Origin: Pecten maximus
Taxonomy: Eukaryota
Reading direction: 5' to 3'
Length of the DNA stretch: 64,000 nucleotides
NCBI RefSeq assembly: GCF_902652985.1
Contig: NC_047030.1
Span: 4,216,001-4,280,000 of the forward strand
Each line of letters opens with the position of its first letter. Position 1 is the stretch's first letter. Made by a program: the position numbers and the translations under genes. Below, piece after piece: positions 13,387-27,772 of the stretch. The notes beneath the pieces were generated by a model that worked only from the letters and a program-made list of their open reading frames with translations, was not told the DNA's origin and ran no database searches.

Positions 13387-13769
13387 CTGTATGAGGACAG
13401 GAAATTAATATAATGTATTTGATAAATTCAAAACCTTTTTAGATTTTTCAACATCATTTAAGACTTTGTATGAATGTGTAGCTAGTCTTTCTGAATAACA
13501 GTTATCTAACAGTTACTGTTTAAAAGTTCATCTAAATTACAAGATGGCAACCATAGCCATTTTCAGTAGTTCAGCTCTGAAATATTACCTTGTGAATTAT
13601 ACATTTTTACTTGATTTTGTGGACAGTATAATTCAAGACAAAAACAGAATTTCAAATTATTTTTTGTGATGTAGTCCACCTTGTGGTGGTGAAAAGGAGG
13701 ATACAATTTGGGGTAGTTGTAATGACTTGTAGTAGCTGGTGGCTACCTCACTGAACTACATACAGGGGA

Positions 13770-13965
13770 CATGTCAGTTGTCTCATGCCATGCAGAGTAA
13801 TTAGGGTGAAGTGTCTTGCCGATGGACACAACAACAACACAGACCAGTCCTTTTCTCCCAAGAATCACAATAAATGTGTACGGGTAGGGAGAGTTGAACC
13901 ACGCACCTCGGATAATCTGAAGTGGCATAGGCTGATACTGTAACTGATTACACTATAGCATCCCC
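13770..13965 (-). mobile_element. Degraded CORE-type SINE
   Basis: Minus strand GTTGTGTCCATCGGCAAGACACTTCACCCTAA resembles the CORE domain; decayed tRNA-like head upstream. Confidence 0.55.
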
Positions 13966-14433
13966 CACCCAAAGACAGGAACTCTCATTTGACTACTGAC
14001 TGTGTACAACTTAACTTCATATGCAACTTAAAATTTGCTGTAGGAATAGTTGTTAGGGGCCCAAGAAGAGGGCAATATTTTAATTGACTAATTTCCAATT
14101 AATAGAAATAAAACCCTATCATTTGATTAAATTGTTATTATGTTATTGTTATATTATTGATGGATAATTTGACCCTTGACCTTTAGTGGCCTTTATATTG
14201 ACCTCTGACATATAATTTACCATTGTTATGATATATGATAATCCAATGTATACCTAACCATATTGACAGCACTTTAGGAAGTATTTGAACGGTGACCTTT
14301 GTAGATCTATTTATCAACTTTTGACTTAATTCTGCAGTATAATCATATGTGCTATTTAATTTCACATGACACTTTCACTGACCATATATATATAGGTGTT
14401 TGGTTGTAAAGGGTTTACGCTGTCCTTATGGGT

Positions 14434-14860
14434 CACCTGAGACAAAAACTCAAGTGACCTAGCTATTGCAATCATCTTTTGTCTGCCGTCATGCGCTATC
14501 TGTTGGTAAACAATTCAGTTTTGACTTCTCAATAACCAAGAAGTCCAGGGTCATGATATTTGGCCAGTATTATACTGGGATGAAGGGCTACCATTTTTTT
14601 TTTTCAAATGAGTGACCTTGACCTTCTTTCAAGGCCACAGGCTAGGGGTCAAATGTCTTAAGATATTCATAACCAAGAGGCCCAGGGTCATGACATTGGG
14701 CCAATTGCTGTGATGAGGAGCTACCATGTTCGTTCAAATAAATGAAAGGTCACCCAAGGTCAATTGCCTTAAAAAGTCTCTAATAGGTACATGTATCTCT
14801 TACTTAGGTGTAGAGCAATTATTCCTCCATCTATCTTGTCAAGTGAGCTTTTAGGCTTAT
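14434..14860 (+). mobile_element. Degenerate Helentron-associated (HINE-like) element
   Basis: TCACCTGAG..CTCAAGTGACC subterminal IR, GACTTCTC..AACCAAGA internal repeats, TGACCTTGACC motifs, CAAGTGAGC near the 3' end. Confidence 0.5.
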
Positions 14861-16569
14861 TGGATATTGTGTCGCCTGCAAAGCAGAAACTCAAGAGATC
14901 ACTATATCCATCATCACGCATTGGCAACAGCTTCAGTCACACTTCAGTTTTCCCGACATTTTTTTCCTTTTCGATTGCTACATAAATTTATAAATTAGTA
15001 TGAGGCTTCGTCCTGTTTAATTTCAGTTTGAGTTTGAACCCCCTGTCAATAGTCTAGTCCTGTGGAATAAATATATTTTTTTTAAATAAAACTGCAATTT
15101 CTCCTAGTTAAAAATAAAGTATTTTCAATATCTGTCACAGTCCTTTATTTTACATGTGCTACAATATTTACCTGTATCCACTGAATTCACCTTTGTCATA
15201 TTTTGCATATGTCACTGTGTAATGAATGGGCTGTTTTTCATTGGCTGCCACAGTCAGAAATAATTGGTTGTGATGTCATAAAAGGGACAATGTTATGGCG
15301 TCGTGAATGAAAACAGCGCAACAAAATGTCTACATTTGACCTTGTCCTCCATGTTAACTTAAAAAACCTGTAAAAACCTGTCAAAATGTCATTTTTCTGA
15401 GTTATGTGATAAATCTTCTTTTTTTCCCCCAAATGATATGAGATTTTATGAAATTTGCTGTGAAGTTTTAATTTTGCTCACCAGGGCACACACAAAAAAA
15501 AACTCATGTGAAATGAAAACAAAACATTGAAGATCATATATATGTACATCTGTACTGATCAAAATTCGTTAAAATCAATTATATAATATGGTGTGTACTT
15601 TTTATCATATTACATATGTTTGTTTTTGTTTTAAAACTTGGAAATAATTTGTTTATTGCAGCAGCCAGAGATGTAAATTAATGTCCCTATATGGGAGACC
15701 TAACTCACATTTCATATGGGGTATTATATAGAATGGAGGAAGTTTAGTGGTTATTGTGATAATCGCATCTCAAATATTAACTAATAAAACTTTTAAATAC
15801 ACTGGCAGAAGACAGTACAGTTTTATTTAAACAAAATGTTGTTTCTTGTGACAAAAAAAAAAGAGAAGAAAATTCAGAATAAAGCAATTTTTAACATTGT
15901 GTTCATATTTAGAAATTATTTTGAATATTTTATGGTGCTAATTCATTGAATAGCAGCTTCAGGATGTAATAAGATACATTTTATTTGGAGTGAAAATTTA
16001 TATACCTGGTAATCTCAAAACTTCTTTTTAAAGAATATTTTCAGACTAACCAGAAACGCAGTTTCAATATACTAAAATGATCAGGAAACAGTATTTTTCA
16101 GTATCATACAGTGTAATGCTTAACCCTCATTTTATTGAATCGTATATTAAATGTAATTAGATGTCTTGTGATATCAATTAAATGTAACGGTGAAAACGGA
16201 ATTGTAATTTCTGAAATAGAATAGTATTTAAGAATATATTTTAATTGAACAGATTCGTTGTTAGCAATATAGTGTTTGTCTTGTATGCTTACATGCAAGA
16301 TAGTGTGCTCGAAATGCTTACAACTCTGCACACTGAACAATAAATAGATCTGAAAATTGTATCATTTGTTGAATTGTCTTTCAATGGGGTAGGAAACACT
16401 TACACAAATTTGATGTACAATTGTATCCCATCATCGCTAGCCAAGGCTTCTGATAACACTCCTCGCGTTTTCGCATTCTCTCATTTTCAATCTAAGGTCG
16501 AGAGAGCAAGATTTGCCATAGCTGATATTTGGCCCTAATGAGTCACCATTGAAAACATCACCACTTACC

Positions 16570-16692
16570 ACACAAAGATGGCAACAACCATAGCGCAGCC
16601 TCCCAAAATGCACGCACCTCACACACAGGGAAGGCCATCCTAAATTACCTAATTAGCTGTTGATAGGATGTAAAACAATATCAAACCAAACC
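16570..16692 (+). mobile_element. SINE 3' fragment sharing its tail with the V-SINE copies
   Basis: Ends CTGTTGATAGGATGTAAAACAATATCAAACCAAACC versus V-SINE tail CTGTTAATAGGACGTTAAACAAAAAC; different body. Confidence 0.5.
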
Positions 16693-17788
16693 AGCAATTA
16701 ACCCGTTGAGATCTCAAAAAACAACATATCAACCCAACACCATCTCACCACACCAAACATATATTAAAATGACATGATAATGAATTAAGGCACCAACCAT
16801 TCAACTTCAAGGTAGGTGGGGGGGTTGCAGCTATGGAGTTAAAACAAGCTTTGATCTGTTGAAGAGACGAAAAAACATTTGATTCTTGAGTCTGTGAAGA
16901 GCAAAAGAACCCACAATAATGATTAGAATTTCAAAATTTCCGAGGGCTTTGTCCCCATTAATGCTGTAAGTTTATATTTAAAAACTGTCATTGCTTGTAT
17001 TGTAGTATCAAACTTTATCAAATTGTTGTATTATATATTACATTGTAATATTAAATTTTTAATAAATTAAAGTATACTGAAAAATGTGTTTCTTCGATTC
17101 AGACTGAATTTTGATTTATTTGTTATTTGTTTTTTTTTTAATATATTCCACTGTAAAAAAGTAAACTTTTATTTCTCAATTTCTCTCTACATTTAAAACC
17201 AGACAATGGGAAATAACTTATTGTTTTGAGTATAATATTTTTATATTCAAAATCAATTCATACAAATCATTATAGTCTAGATCAATACTAAAACAACGGG
17301 TAAGGACATTCACGATTCTTAGCTACATGTACTACTTTTCATGCTGTTTACTTAGAGAACTGAAATAAAAGTTAATTGGTCCAGACAAATCACCAACCAA
17401 CCGATCCCCCCCCAAAAAAAAAAAAAATCTGTAAGATCTTTGGCTTAAAGCAAACTATACATATAACATATAAGGTTACGTACATCTCAATGTTACAAGA
17501 TATAATAAGAACAGACGTTAAATTAATGTTATGAAATGGATGTTTTGAATTATTTTGGAAATGCTGCTAGATGATCTATACTGGAAAGACAGCATTACTT
17601 CTTTATGAACATTAATTTCATTCAGCAATTGCACCAAACTGATCAATATGAACAAAAAAACTTGTGAAATATTGATATGAATATATAGAGGCTATGTAAT
17701 CCTAAATGATTGTATTACTCGGTCGTGTACAGCTACATTATGTAACATTTTGCTAGTGCCCGGAACTTATTTTCAGTCAACGTTTCTT

Positions 17789-18600
17789 TTTTAGCTCACC
17801 TGGTCTGAAGGACCAAGGTGAGCTATTGCCATACTGTTGCGTCCGTCGTCCGTCGTCCGTCCGTCAACAATTGACTTCTTCTTCATAACCACACATCAGA
17901 ATTTGACCAAATTTGGTCAGAAGCATCCCTATGGGTAGGGGACTCAGAATTGTACAAATGATGGGGCTGACCCCCTGGGGGCCTCTGGGGCGGGGCCAAA
18001 TTGGGTCATTTTTGCGCTATTGATATAAACGACTTCTTCTCTGAAACCAAGCAATGGCTATCACTCAAAAAATTATTTGCCTGATAGCATCACTATGGGG
18101 TGGGGATTCAAAATTGTACAAATGATGGGGCTGACCCCCCAGGGGCCTGAGGGGCGGGGCCAAATGTGGTCAATCTGGCTGAATTGATATGAACAACTTC
18201 TTCTCTGAAACCAAGCAAGGGATATCGCTCATATTTGCCTGGTAGCATCCTTTTGGGTAGCGATTCAAAATTTTATAAAGGAAGGAACTGACCCCCACTC
18301 CCCCCGGGGTGCAGAAGGTGGGGTCAAAAGGGGTCAATTGGTTTAAACAACTTCGTTTCTGAAACTAAGCAATGGATATCACTCACATTTGTGTGGTAGC
18401 ATCCCTATGGGGTTGTTCCAAAAGTTGATTTTATTTCATGGATTAATGCATTTTTTGACATCAAATCCTCACGTAGCCATATAAAATGCCTTTTGATATA
18501 TTGACATAGCAATACCAGTGACAAATATACTTAATCATCATTCTTGTTTCATATCACATGAAGTCAGGTGAGCGATACAGGCCCTCTGGGCCTCTTGTTT
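17789..18600 (+). mobile_element. Non-autonomous Helentron-associated element (HINE/DINE-1/pearl-like) with an internal tandem array
   Basis: Inserted in a T-run; 5' hairpin TAGCTCACCT..AGGTGAGCTA (17792-17825); (CGTC)n microsatellite; ~3.5 internal ~160-bp repeats (ACTTCTTCT anchors near 17874, 18032, 18196, 18350); 3' CAGGTGAGC then hairpin AGGCCC-TCT-GGGCCT, then CTTGTTT. Confidence 0.85.
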
Positions 18601-20359
18601 CATATACCGGATGTTAAGTTTACGCATGCGTTTATTACTTTCTGCGCCACTTACGAAACAGGACGAGGACTGTGTGGCTTGAACATCAAGGCTTTGTCAA
18701 TAGCGATCTCACCGTAGTGAACTTTCGCCATGGAGTTTGATCATGTGGCTCCTTTGACGACCAGCAGACGATGTACGTGCTAATGCGATTATGGTCATGA
18801 CTCGTGAACATACTGGCAGTGACACAAGAGTTTGTCGTTCTATGATTCTATCCTGATATTGACAGATGTACTGAGCCAGAACAGTTGAAACTAGCCTAGT
18901 GGCCATGATCCAAATGTTTGCAGTTGTATCTTAATTTAACCATGATATAACACATGCCACATCAATATTAAATGCAGCCTATGCTTATTCAACCGAGACA
19001 TTTCTATGTCTATATTTTGTATACCGTTGTATTAAAACCGGAAGCTTATTTTACCATACTAGATCTACATGTATATCTATTTAGTGAAGAAACAACCAAT
19101 CCGAAGTAGCTAAACCTCCTATTTGACAAACCTCATTCTGTAATGACATGGCGAGCCTTTTAAGGCTTACATCGATGTCATACTGTGATTGCTGATTTAG
19201 AATAAGATATATGGTGTACTGGTCAACTTCAACAATTTGAAAGAGAAATGTCTGAGAGGAGTGAAAACGGAGAAAGCTTTGTTGTTCTACAACATTTTCT
19301 ATGTATATTAAGATAAAAGCTTGATAAAACATTTGGCTCTACTTGCTGATAGTATAATGACGGTACATTGGTAATTTGAATGAGTCGGGTGGAAATTTCT
19401 TTCACTCGTGAAGTTTTTTGAAAAAAAAGTGATGTTTTTCTATTCAGAGTTTTGGAATGGTGTATTTGAAATGAGAGTTTGTGACTATGTCTGGAATATA
19501 CCTAGTAAGGGATCTGGAGTTAACCTATCGGATTTCATTATAGCAACTTTGTTGTTGAAAATGTTATATAACATGGTCTGACGAGCATCTCTTCATCTGT
19601 CTGCTAGGGGGCCGGGTGCAATTTCAGGCTAGGTGGTCCACTTCAGACATGCTGGATGTGCATAGCCTGAGTTTCCTCTGGCCCTGACACCATGTCTGTT
19701 GTAGGGACCAGAGCGCACTACTATATGAAAACGTGGAATTCTCCAACACCGTTTGGTGTCACTAAGATGTTGGTGCAAACACAATAAAATCAGGTGTGAC
19801 ATAACACCTTCCTTAAATATATGGATAAATGAGATATTTATTTACCACAGAACACCAATTAAGTCCCATCTAGGTGTTTTAACTTTTATTCCGTCAGTAT
19901 AGACCCTCGCTTTACGCTAGTCAAAATTACATACCGGTACTCGATCGACGCCAACCCTTGCCTGGACCTGCAAACTCTTGACGGACGCTCTGACCACTTG
20001 AACTACCTTGTCACCAGCATTAAGCCTAGTTCAGTTCCTCTGCAATAAAATGACCAGTCCATCTGAAGAACTGGACATTTCATAGCTTTTTCAAAAAGGA
20101 AAAGTTCTTGTCATTTCTAAACTTTTAGTTTACTGATCAATCATGATCATGGATCAGTTAAATTTTCATTTCATTGTTTGAATGATTTTTTTATTTTCCC
20201 ACATCAGCCCATCACTAGCATTACCTGCACGCCATAATATATAATTGTATGTAGAAGTATCAACACCATATGATTTTAACTCTTGCTTAAAGATTATCAG
20301 TGAAATTAATATTGTTTTTATCTACACTGTTTACTCTATATCTCGGATGTATTTTGCAG

Positions 20360-20464
20360 TTACATGATACATCACTGAGGCTCAGGAATCGCAGACCTGC
20401 ATGAAACTGCCGTACCTTTCAACAACATTGGATTTATCCAGGAGCTATGGTTAAGTGTTAGAAT
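20360..20464 (+). other. Candidate non-coding 5'UTR exon of TRAIP
   Basis: Acceptor TTTTGCAG| at 20359 and donor |GTAAGT at 20465; the TRAIP ATG exon has its own acceptor at 21513. Confidence 0.45.
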
Positions 20465-21519
20465 GTAAGTATTCTTCAAGGTTACCCAAGATTAAGTCTA
20501 TACTTATTATATGACAGACTGAGGATGCAACAGTTACCCTTTGACATTGTTCTCTAGTGATGTCACGGTAAAGAGTTCATGTATCTAGTAGGATACAACA
20601 ATTGCCCCTGAAAACTGCTCCCCAGTGAAGTCGTGGTAAAGAGTTGATGTATCTAGTAGTGTTCTGATCGTTTCCAGTTTTTAATGTGTTATTGTAAGTT
20701 GAAATGGAGTGTTACTGGGGCGGGCTGTCTCTGTATTGTCTAATATGGAGGTAATGTTCAAAACCGGAATCTAGAACAAGTTCGACTCGTGTTTAATTCC
20801 CCCAATGTTTTATGAGTTTAGAGCAGACGATCAGGTAAACAAGGTATTTGGGGAATGTAGCTCGAAGTCATATATGGCAGATTTACAACAGTTTTTGCTG
20901 ATGAAGCATTCACAATGTAGACTGCAATTGCATGATTTGCAATTAATGACTTGGTAAATAAGAGTGAACATTAGCAGAGCATGGTTTGAGAGAGGATAGT
21001 GCTAAGACCAAGCTAAGGTGTGGGTTGTACGTCGTTTAAGTAGACTAGAGCATATCGCAGTGGTATGCTTATGTTAAGTAGCCCATTTTTCGGTTGGAAT
21101 AAATCAAAGCATTCTGTCATGTGCAGAATAAACAGTGCGGTAGGTATCTAGTGTATATATTATAACTGACATATGCTTATAGATGACCTTTCAGTTATAT
21201 ATACCGGTGAAAAGTTATTTATTACGTTATATATGGTCTATAATATACTAAGATTGACTTCGTTATTAAAAACTGGAAAAGTCCTGTCTTTCTTCAGCAA
21301 TTAATTAGTTTTAGCAAAACTCAAGTACATGTAATCAGACCTCCCTTCAACTAAAACTTGTGTACTGTTCACATTGTGCTGCTGTCAAGCCATAGAATTT
21401 TAATTTTCTGTAAATAAGCGAGTGAGACTGAGAAGAAAATCAATCCAACCACTGAGAGCCCTGTACTCATTCAATAAAACTTTAGCATATGTTCTTTTTT
21501 TAATGTATTTCAGGTAACT

Positions 21520-23543
21520 ATGAAGGCCCTTTGCTGTATTTGCTCCGATTTATTTGTGAATGATGCCAGCATCAGTATCTCTGCCACACCATGTGGTCAC
21601 ACCTTCCATGAAGAGTGTCTCTTTAAGTGGTTGGCCACTTCCAGTACGTGTCCCAGCTGTCGATCTCGTGTTAATAGAAGTAACATCATTCACAAGTTGT
21701 TTTTTGACATTGGGGAGGAGGGTGATGATGGCGCCAGTGACCCCTGCAAACTCACAAATGAAATCCAGGATTTGAAACTTAAAATAAACAAACATAACAA
21801 GGAGAAAAGTGATCTTGTTGAGGGAAAAAATGCAGCAGTACAAAAATGTCAAGATATTGAAGAAAGTAAGAAAGATATACAACGCTTACTTAAACAAGAG
21901 CAGACAACCAATGCATCTTTAAGGAAACAACTCCACTACTTCAAAAGCCAGGAGGATAGTTTAAAGATGCAAAAGGAGGAATGTCGCAAGATCAAGAAAA
22001 AATTTGTTGATCTTCAAAATGTTGAGAGATTGGTGACAGGTAAAAAAAATTCTTTGTGGGGAAAAAATATGAAATATTAATAAATAAAAGTAACCCAAGT
22101 CAAAAAGTAAGTGTGACTTTTGTATCATGGAATAAGTGAAATTATCATTAAAGGTTATTTGGAAACAAGGGTCTACAAGAAAAAGTCATTTTAACCACAG
22201 AAATTGTCTAATGAGAGGTATTCAGATAATGCAAGTTCAATGAAGTGTGGTATCAATTACTGTATCTTGACATTCTATATACAGTATTATATGTCTGTTC
22301 AAATATGATTTATTTTAATTCTTTCAAATTATTTCCAGGGTCGACTATTCCAGTAAAATATATATTACACTAGAGGACTTCAGAAATAAAACTATTCTAT
22401 GCATGATGAGAGAAAATATGTCTTATTATATGGTAATATGTCTTATTATGTGGTAATTTGAATAAATTTTTGGGTCATTGGGTAGATTTTTGTCCTGAAA
22501 TAACCCTCAAAATAGAACCTGTCAACTAATGACTATAGAAATAAACAACCTCGCTGAGTACCACGGTATGAGAATATGTGTTTTGTTAGGTGTACAAGGT
22601 GGTTTAGATTTTGGTTTGTTTTTTATGTCTTGTTACATAATAGGTCATTTAAGGATGGGAATCTGATTTGATATTGTGTACAATTAATATATACTGGGAA
22701 TTTTGTGTTTTGACAGGATCAGAGGAAGAAGTTCAGAACCTTGTTCAAAATTCTGGAGAGAGTGGGTCAACTCGGCAAATGGCTACATACCTTGTGGTTA
22801 TGAAACGTGAGTTTCAACAGGTGAAAGATGAAAAGAAAAAGTTAAAGTCTGAGTACGACAAATGTAAAAGACTTCTTCTGACAAAAGATCGTGAATTAAG
22901 TCAGACAACTACGGAACTATCAGCCATAAGAGAGTACTATTCAAAATCAGAAGATGATCTGAAACAGAAAGAGAAAGAAGTTGAGTCCTTAAAACAAAAA
23001 CTCAGTCGTTTAAAACGAGCAATAGTTAGTCCTTGCACCACTGCAAGCAGTGCTAGTTCAAGCTTTGTTGAGACCCTGATGGAGGAAAGCCCTGCGCCTG
23101 GGACTCCACTACAGCTGAAACCGTCGTCAGGGGAGATAGACCTTGAGTCAAACATGGCATCACCTGATTTTGTTAAACCTAGCCCTAATACACATAACCG
23201 ATTTCATTGCGAAGAAAACCAGATGAAATTTGTTAAGATATCATCAGCATGCTCGGAAAACCCGGCTAAAAAGGCCAAGAGAGATATACAGGATATCAGC
23301 AACATAACTGGTCTTGGTAATTACAACATTTTTAAGAAAAAAACTGGTGCTGGAGACTTTAACAGTGTTTTCCGTAAGGGATACGATGGACTTGGCGGAC
23401 ATACCTCATTCACTCAGCACCAGGGCCGACCTGGTGCAGCTAAACCTACCTCAAAGACAGTTTCCCGTCTTCTCAGTAAAAATGGCAAAATGAAAAAAGT
23501 GCCCCCTTTGCCAAGTTTGGACCAGTTTATAAACCTAACTTGA
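21520..23543 (+). CDS. TRAIP: E3 ubiquitin ligase TRAIP (RING, coiled coil, C-terminal PIP-like box), 448 aa
   Basis: Exons 21520-22039 and 22717-23543 (phase-1 GT-AG intron, 1347 nt total). RING CCICSD..PCGHTFHEECL..W..TCPSCR..IIHKLFFD, long coiled coil, conserved GYDGLGG, terminal PSLDQF. Confidence 0.93.
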
Positions 23544-23639
23544 ATTTCATGTGATAGCTTTCTCAGTAATAGACTGACACTTTCTCTCTATTTAGAATAT
23601 TGATACAGTGTATATCTGAATCATGTTAACATGTCTGTT

Positions 23640-24338
23640 ACACAGACATACCCTACTAGGGGAAGTTAGTTAAGTGTTCCTCCTTCATCTACTCTGTCCG
23701 GGGATCCGTCATCAATTGTTTTCAGGAACATCCTCTCCCAAAAAATATTTTATATGATTAGCAAGTTTCAATTTATGAGTGGTCAGATATATAAAGCTGT
23801 AGAGAGGGGTTGGATTAAAAAGCTCTAGATATAGGGTTTGGAATTCCTGATCCCATGTGAAAAGCTGTAGAATCACCTTCCTATGATTTTTTTGAGGTTT
23901 TCTATGAATTTTACTGGTTTGCTCTAGATAACAATTTTTGAAGGACAGGATTCAACGAGAATTAAAATTGTGTAAAGAAGGAGACATATCGTTTTCTATA
24001 TCAGGACAAAAGGGTTCAAATTAATTGCTTCAATTTTTAATTAACATCTTTTAAGCTACTGGGTATGTTGTGGTAAATGTTGTACAATGATTAGACAATA
24101 ATGATAACTTTCAATAGAGTTCCTCTTCCCCAAGAAGCATGAATTAACCTTAGGGACAGATTTCAACATCTCAGCAAAAAATCACTTCCTACATCTTTAC
24201 ATTTTTAGGTCAGTGTTGTTATTTTTCTGATCCGTCCAAAATCTTTAATATATTTGCTACTGAGTATGTATACTACAATTGTACCAGGGTCTTTGAGTCA
24301 GATGACCATTAAATTAAGGCTTATGGGCCTCTTTGTTT
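23640..24338 (+). mobile_element. Highly degenerate HINE-like remnant
   Basis: 3' end TCAGATGACC..AGGCTTATGGGCCTCTTTGTTT resembles the 3' hairpin end at 18579-18600; 5' boundary uncertain. Confidence 0.35.
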
Positions 24339-24732
24339 CATTTTCAAAACTTTGAAATTTCTTTCAATACTGCCTATGAAAATAAGTTTAAAGATAAATG
24401 TTTACAAGATGCATGGTGTATGTATTGTTACCTAACTTATCCAGCATGTGTATTTCCTTTGATGCTTTTAAATAGATTTTTAGTTCTTAAGGTAGGAATT
24501 TTGAAGTTTTTAGAAACAGGTAAAATATATATATATATATATATATGGCTACAGCTATTCGATGTCTTTGAATATCTCTTGTCATGACAGCACTGAATCA
24601 TAGCGGTTTGTCAGATCTATGGCTTATAATGAGTATCTATACCAGGTAAAGTACATATGATCATAGCAAGGAAGTTATCAGAGTTACTTCCCTTCTGATA
24701 TCTGGTAGAAGATTTCGTCAGGTGTACATGAA

Positions 24733-25421
24733 CCGTATTTGACCTAATAAGGGCGCAGAGCGCGGGTAATTGACAGTGAGGGCGCCCTTATTAAGATTAG
24801 TTGTTCTGAAGTTTTATGAAACAGACTATACCTTATAGCAGAATACCCAAGGCTGTGGAAACGGTAAAATATTCAGTCATAAATATATTCCAGATGAAGA
24901 TATCTATTCATTATCATATATTAAGCTTAAATATCACTTGAATATCCCTGTAAACTTGTAAACCATGTCAGCTGATCTTTAGACCAGAGAACGTGTGTTC
25001 CACCATTTATGTTCAAATGGAACTCTTTTGTGTTCTATTTATAGACACAGGTGATTTCCAAGATCATACCAGACATCGTTTTTTTGACCTAATAATTGAT
25101 TTACAATATCTTTTACTAGCTTTCTGTTCTGAACAAAAGTTATTTATCAACAAGAATGAAGTCTTTTACTTTATCTACAAATATAGATGGTAAGTTGTTA
25201 TTTGTATGTGTGTTTAGTTTCGGGTGCACTTTAATTTGCACTGATATGTCATCTGTAGGAATAGACAAAAAGTGGCGAAAACTTGTGTTCCAGTTACTTA
25301 ATTTGCAAAAGTAGCAAAACATTTCACAAGAATTATTACTCTTGACCACCATTTTGACACTCGGTCAAAGATTTATTTCCTTGAAAAAAAGGTAGGGGCA
25401 CCCTTATTAGGTCAAATACGG
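24733..25421. mobile_element. Tc1/mariner-type MITE
   Basis: 21-bp perfect TIR CCGTATTTGACCTAATAAGGG; TA on the right flank, AA on the left. Confidence 0.8.
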
Positions 25422-27358
25422 TACATTATATTTTTAAGTATATATATTTTGGTGAATTAAAACAGCTCACTTTTCACACTGTGATGGACCAAATTTGAAA
25501 CATTACCAGGTCCATATATTAAAGATTATAGAAATATATCTCAATTTATACATTTGTATAATATGTTGTTTAGAAGTCAAAATAGGAAATTAATGTTTTA
25601 CAAAATTGTAATGGATCAGTATTTAAAACTAAACACGATGATAGTAAGATTATCCACAGTACGAGTGCTGAAGGTATAGTATACATACCCTCGATATGTA
25701 CATTGTTTATAACATGTATGCTGTTATCATTTTGGTTTCTCTTGACTTTTGTCTTTCCTGTCGGGAACTATTTTGAAAGCCAGACTATAAGTGGGTTACT
25801 TTTCCAGTGCCATCATAATTGCATTATCAACATTTCAGTTTGAACTCTATGGACATTTAACTGAGCTTTTTGTTCAAGTACCAAACCTTGATTAAGTTCA
25901 TGTATAAATATGGTCATCTCAATCTGTCTAATATTGGTAAATCAGTTGATATTGAAATTGGCTTTAGCAATATCAATACATATATTATACCTATATCTGG
26001 GCTCTCATTTTGTCATGCAGAAAGATCTGGTTGTCGTTAATGTAGTTCTTGTTTATGAACTTATAATCCTAGTCAACTATAACTAGGTATAAATAAGTGT
26101 TAATTACTATTTCATAAAGGATTAAAATTCATTGATCTAAGAAAATTGTTCAGTATACACATAATTCATGCCTTGTTTGCTTTTTAAGGAAATTATGTTT
26201 GTAGTCACACAGGACTCAATGATGGGGTCCTTTAGCTTTAAAGCAGTTGGATATGAATTACATTTGTCGAAGCAAGTGTAAATCTTTAAATCAGACTGAG
26301 GTAAGGTTTATAAACTGTGTTCAGGACACAAAAAACCTTGTCTAGAAAGTTGAGAATACCAGATATATCTTCAAAATTTAATTTGAAAAAACTTAAGAAG
26401 GTTTACCTTCTCTTTCAAGGATAGATGCGCAATTGAGAACATTCTCATTTCTCAGAATCAGAGTTATGTACAGGTATCTTATTAATTCAAAGGTTGCAAT
26501 TAAAATGTCTAAAACATCATTAATCTGAAAAATGAACAACATGGGTTTTATGAATTTTTTGAAAGAATTCACCCCTTGATAAGAGTATTCAGAACATTTA
26601 ATTGGAAACCAGATCTGTATGAATATCTAAATTTAAGATTTGTTGTAATTATATATAATGTGTGGAAATACTAGGGTAAGTAGATCTATTCCTCATGGTA
26701 CATAAATATATATTGTCTGTTTGGTATATGGTTTTCCATCCAAACCTTCCAAGAATATTGACATGCATACAGTTGGTATGGCCTGGTTATAGATTTATCA
26801 TCATAGCATTGTACTGGGATGTTGGTATTTGAAATGGAGGTTTTCAAAACAGAAAAACATCACTCACTTGTTGAAAATCCTTCACCGCATGATTTCAATT
26901 TTTACCTTAATATTCTCTATAAATATAACATATTTTTAATAAGATAGCAATACGTCAATTCCTCCATGATCAACCAATCATATCAAATCAAATATGTAGG
27001 AACACCAACAAGTCTGTTATCATTATATTTCTAGGGAGATTTCACATTGTCCATTACTGATTCTTTAAAGTTTACATATCGTGTTGTAAATTATTAAATG
27101 TTTTATCAGAAAAATGTTTGTTTGTTTGTTTGGTTTTTTTTTTCTTCTGGGAAATATTGTTCAAACAAATGACCTTGGCCAATTTTCGAGGTCACATGTG
27201 TCACAAAGGCCCATACACTTGGCCCATAGCATTCTGGGATGCGATCAAGTTTGTTCAAATTAATGGACTTGTGTATATGTACCATTTTCAAGGTCACAAT
27301 TTCAAAAGTAACAACTTTTCAAGAGACTTAAGTGCCTCGGAAATTTTACTATAGTATT

Positions 27359-27772
27359 TGTTAGCTAATCTAGCTGGCTGGTTTGGTGTTTGTAATCCAA
27401 ATGTCTGAGGTCATCAACATTTCCCTTTAACTGACTTAAAAACCAAATACCTAGAACCATGATATTTGGCTGGCATGTTCCTGGGATGACGCCCTACAAA
27501 GTTTGCAGAAAGAAATGACCTTGTCCCGTATTCAAGGTCACAGGTTTCAGATTTAGCATTCAAATAACTAAAAGGCCTAGAATCAAGATATTTGTGCACT
27601 AGGCTTCTGGGATGATGCCAAACAAATTTGTAGAAAGAAACCATCTTGACCGATATTCAATGTCACTGGGGTAAAATTTAAAGCACAGAAACAAGTTCTT
27701 TTGACTAAGTGAAAGGCAGCTGCAGAAAATCCTCAAAGAAGTGAATACCAGGCCCATTGGGCCTCTTGTTTT
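27359..27772 (+). mobile_element. Degenerate HINE-like element
   Basis: Internal duplicated units (GGCCTAGA..ATATTTG..CTGGGATGA..AGAAAGAAA); 3' hairpin AGGCCCATTGGGCCTCTTGTTTT. Confidence 0.55.

Noticed and set aside
18650-18910. GC-richer segments that look coding (also 38290-38560 and 45600-46560)
   Set aside because: Frames interrupted by stops and no recognisable motifs; may be old transposon remnants or promoters; a translated search is needed
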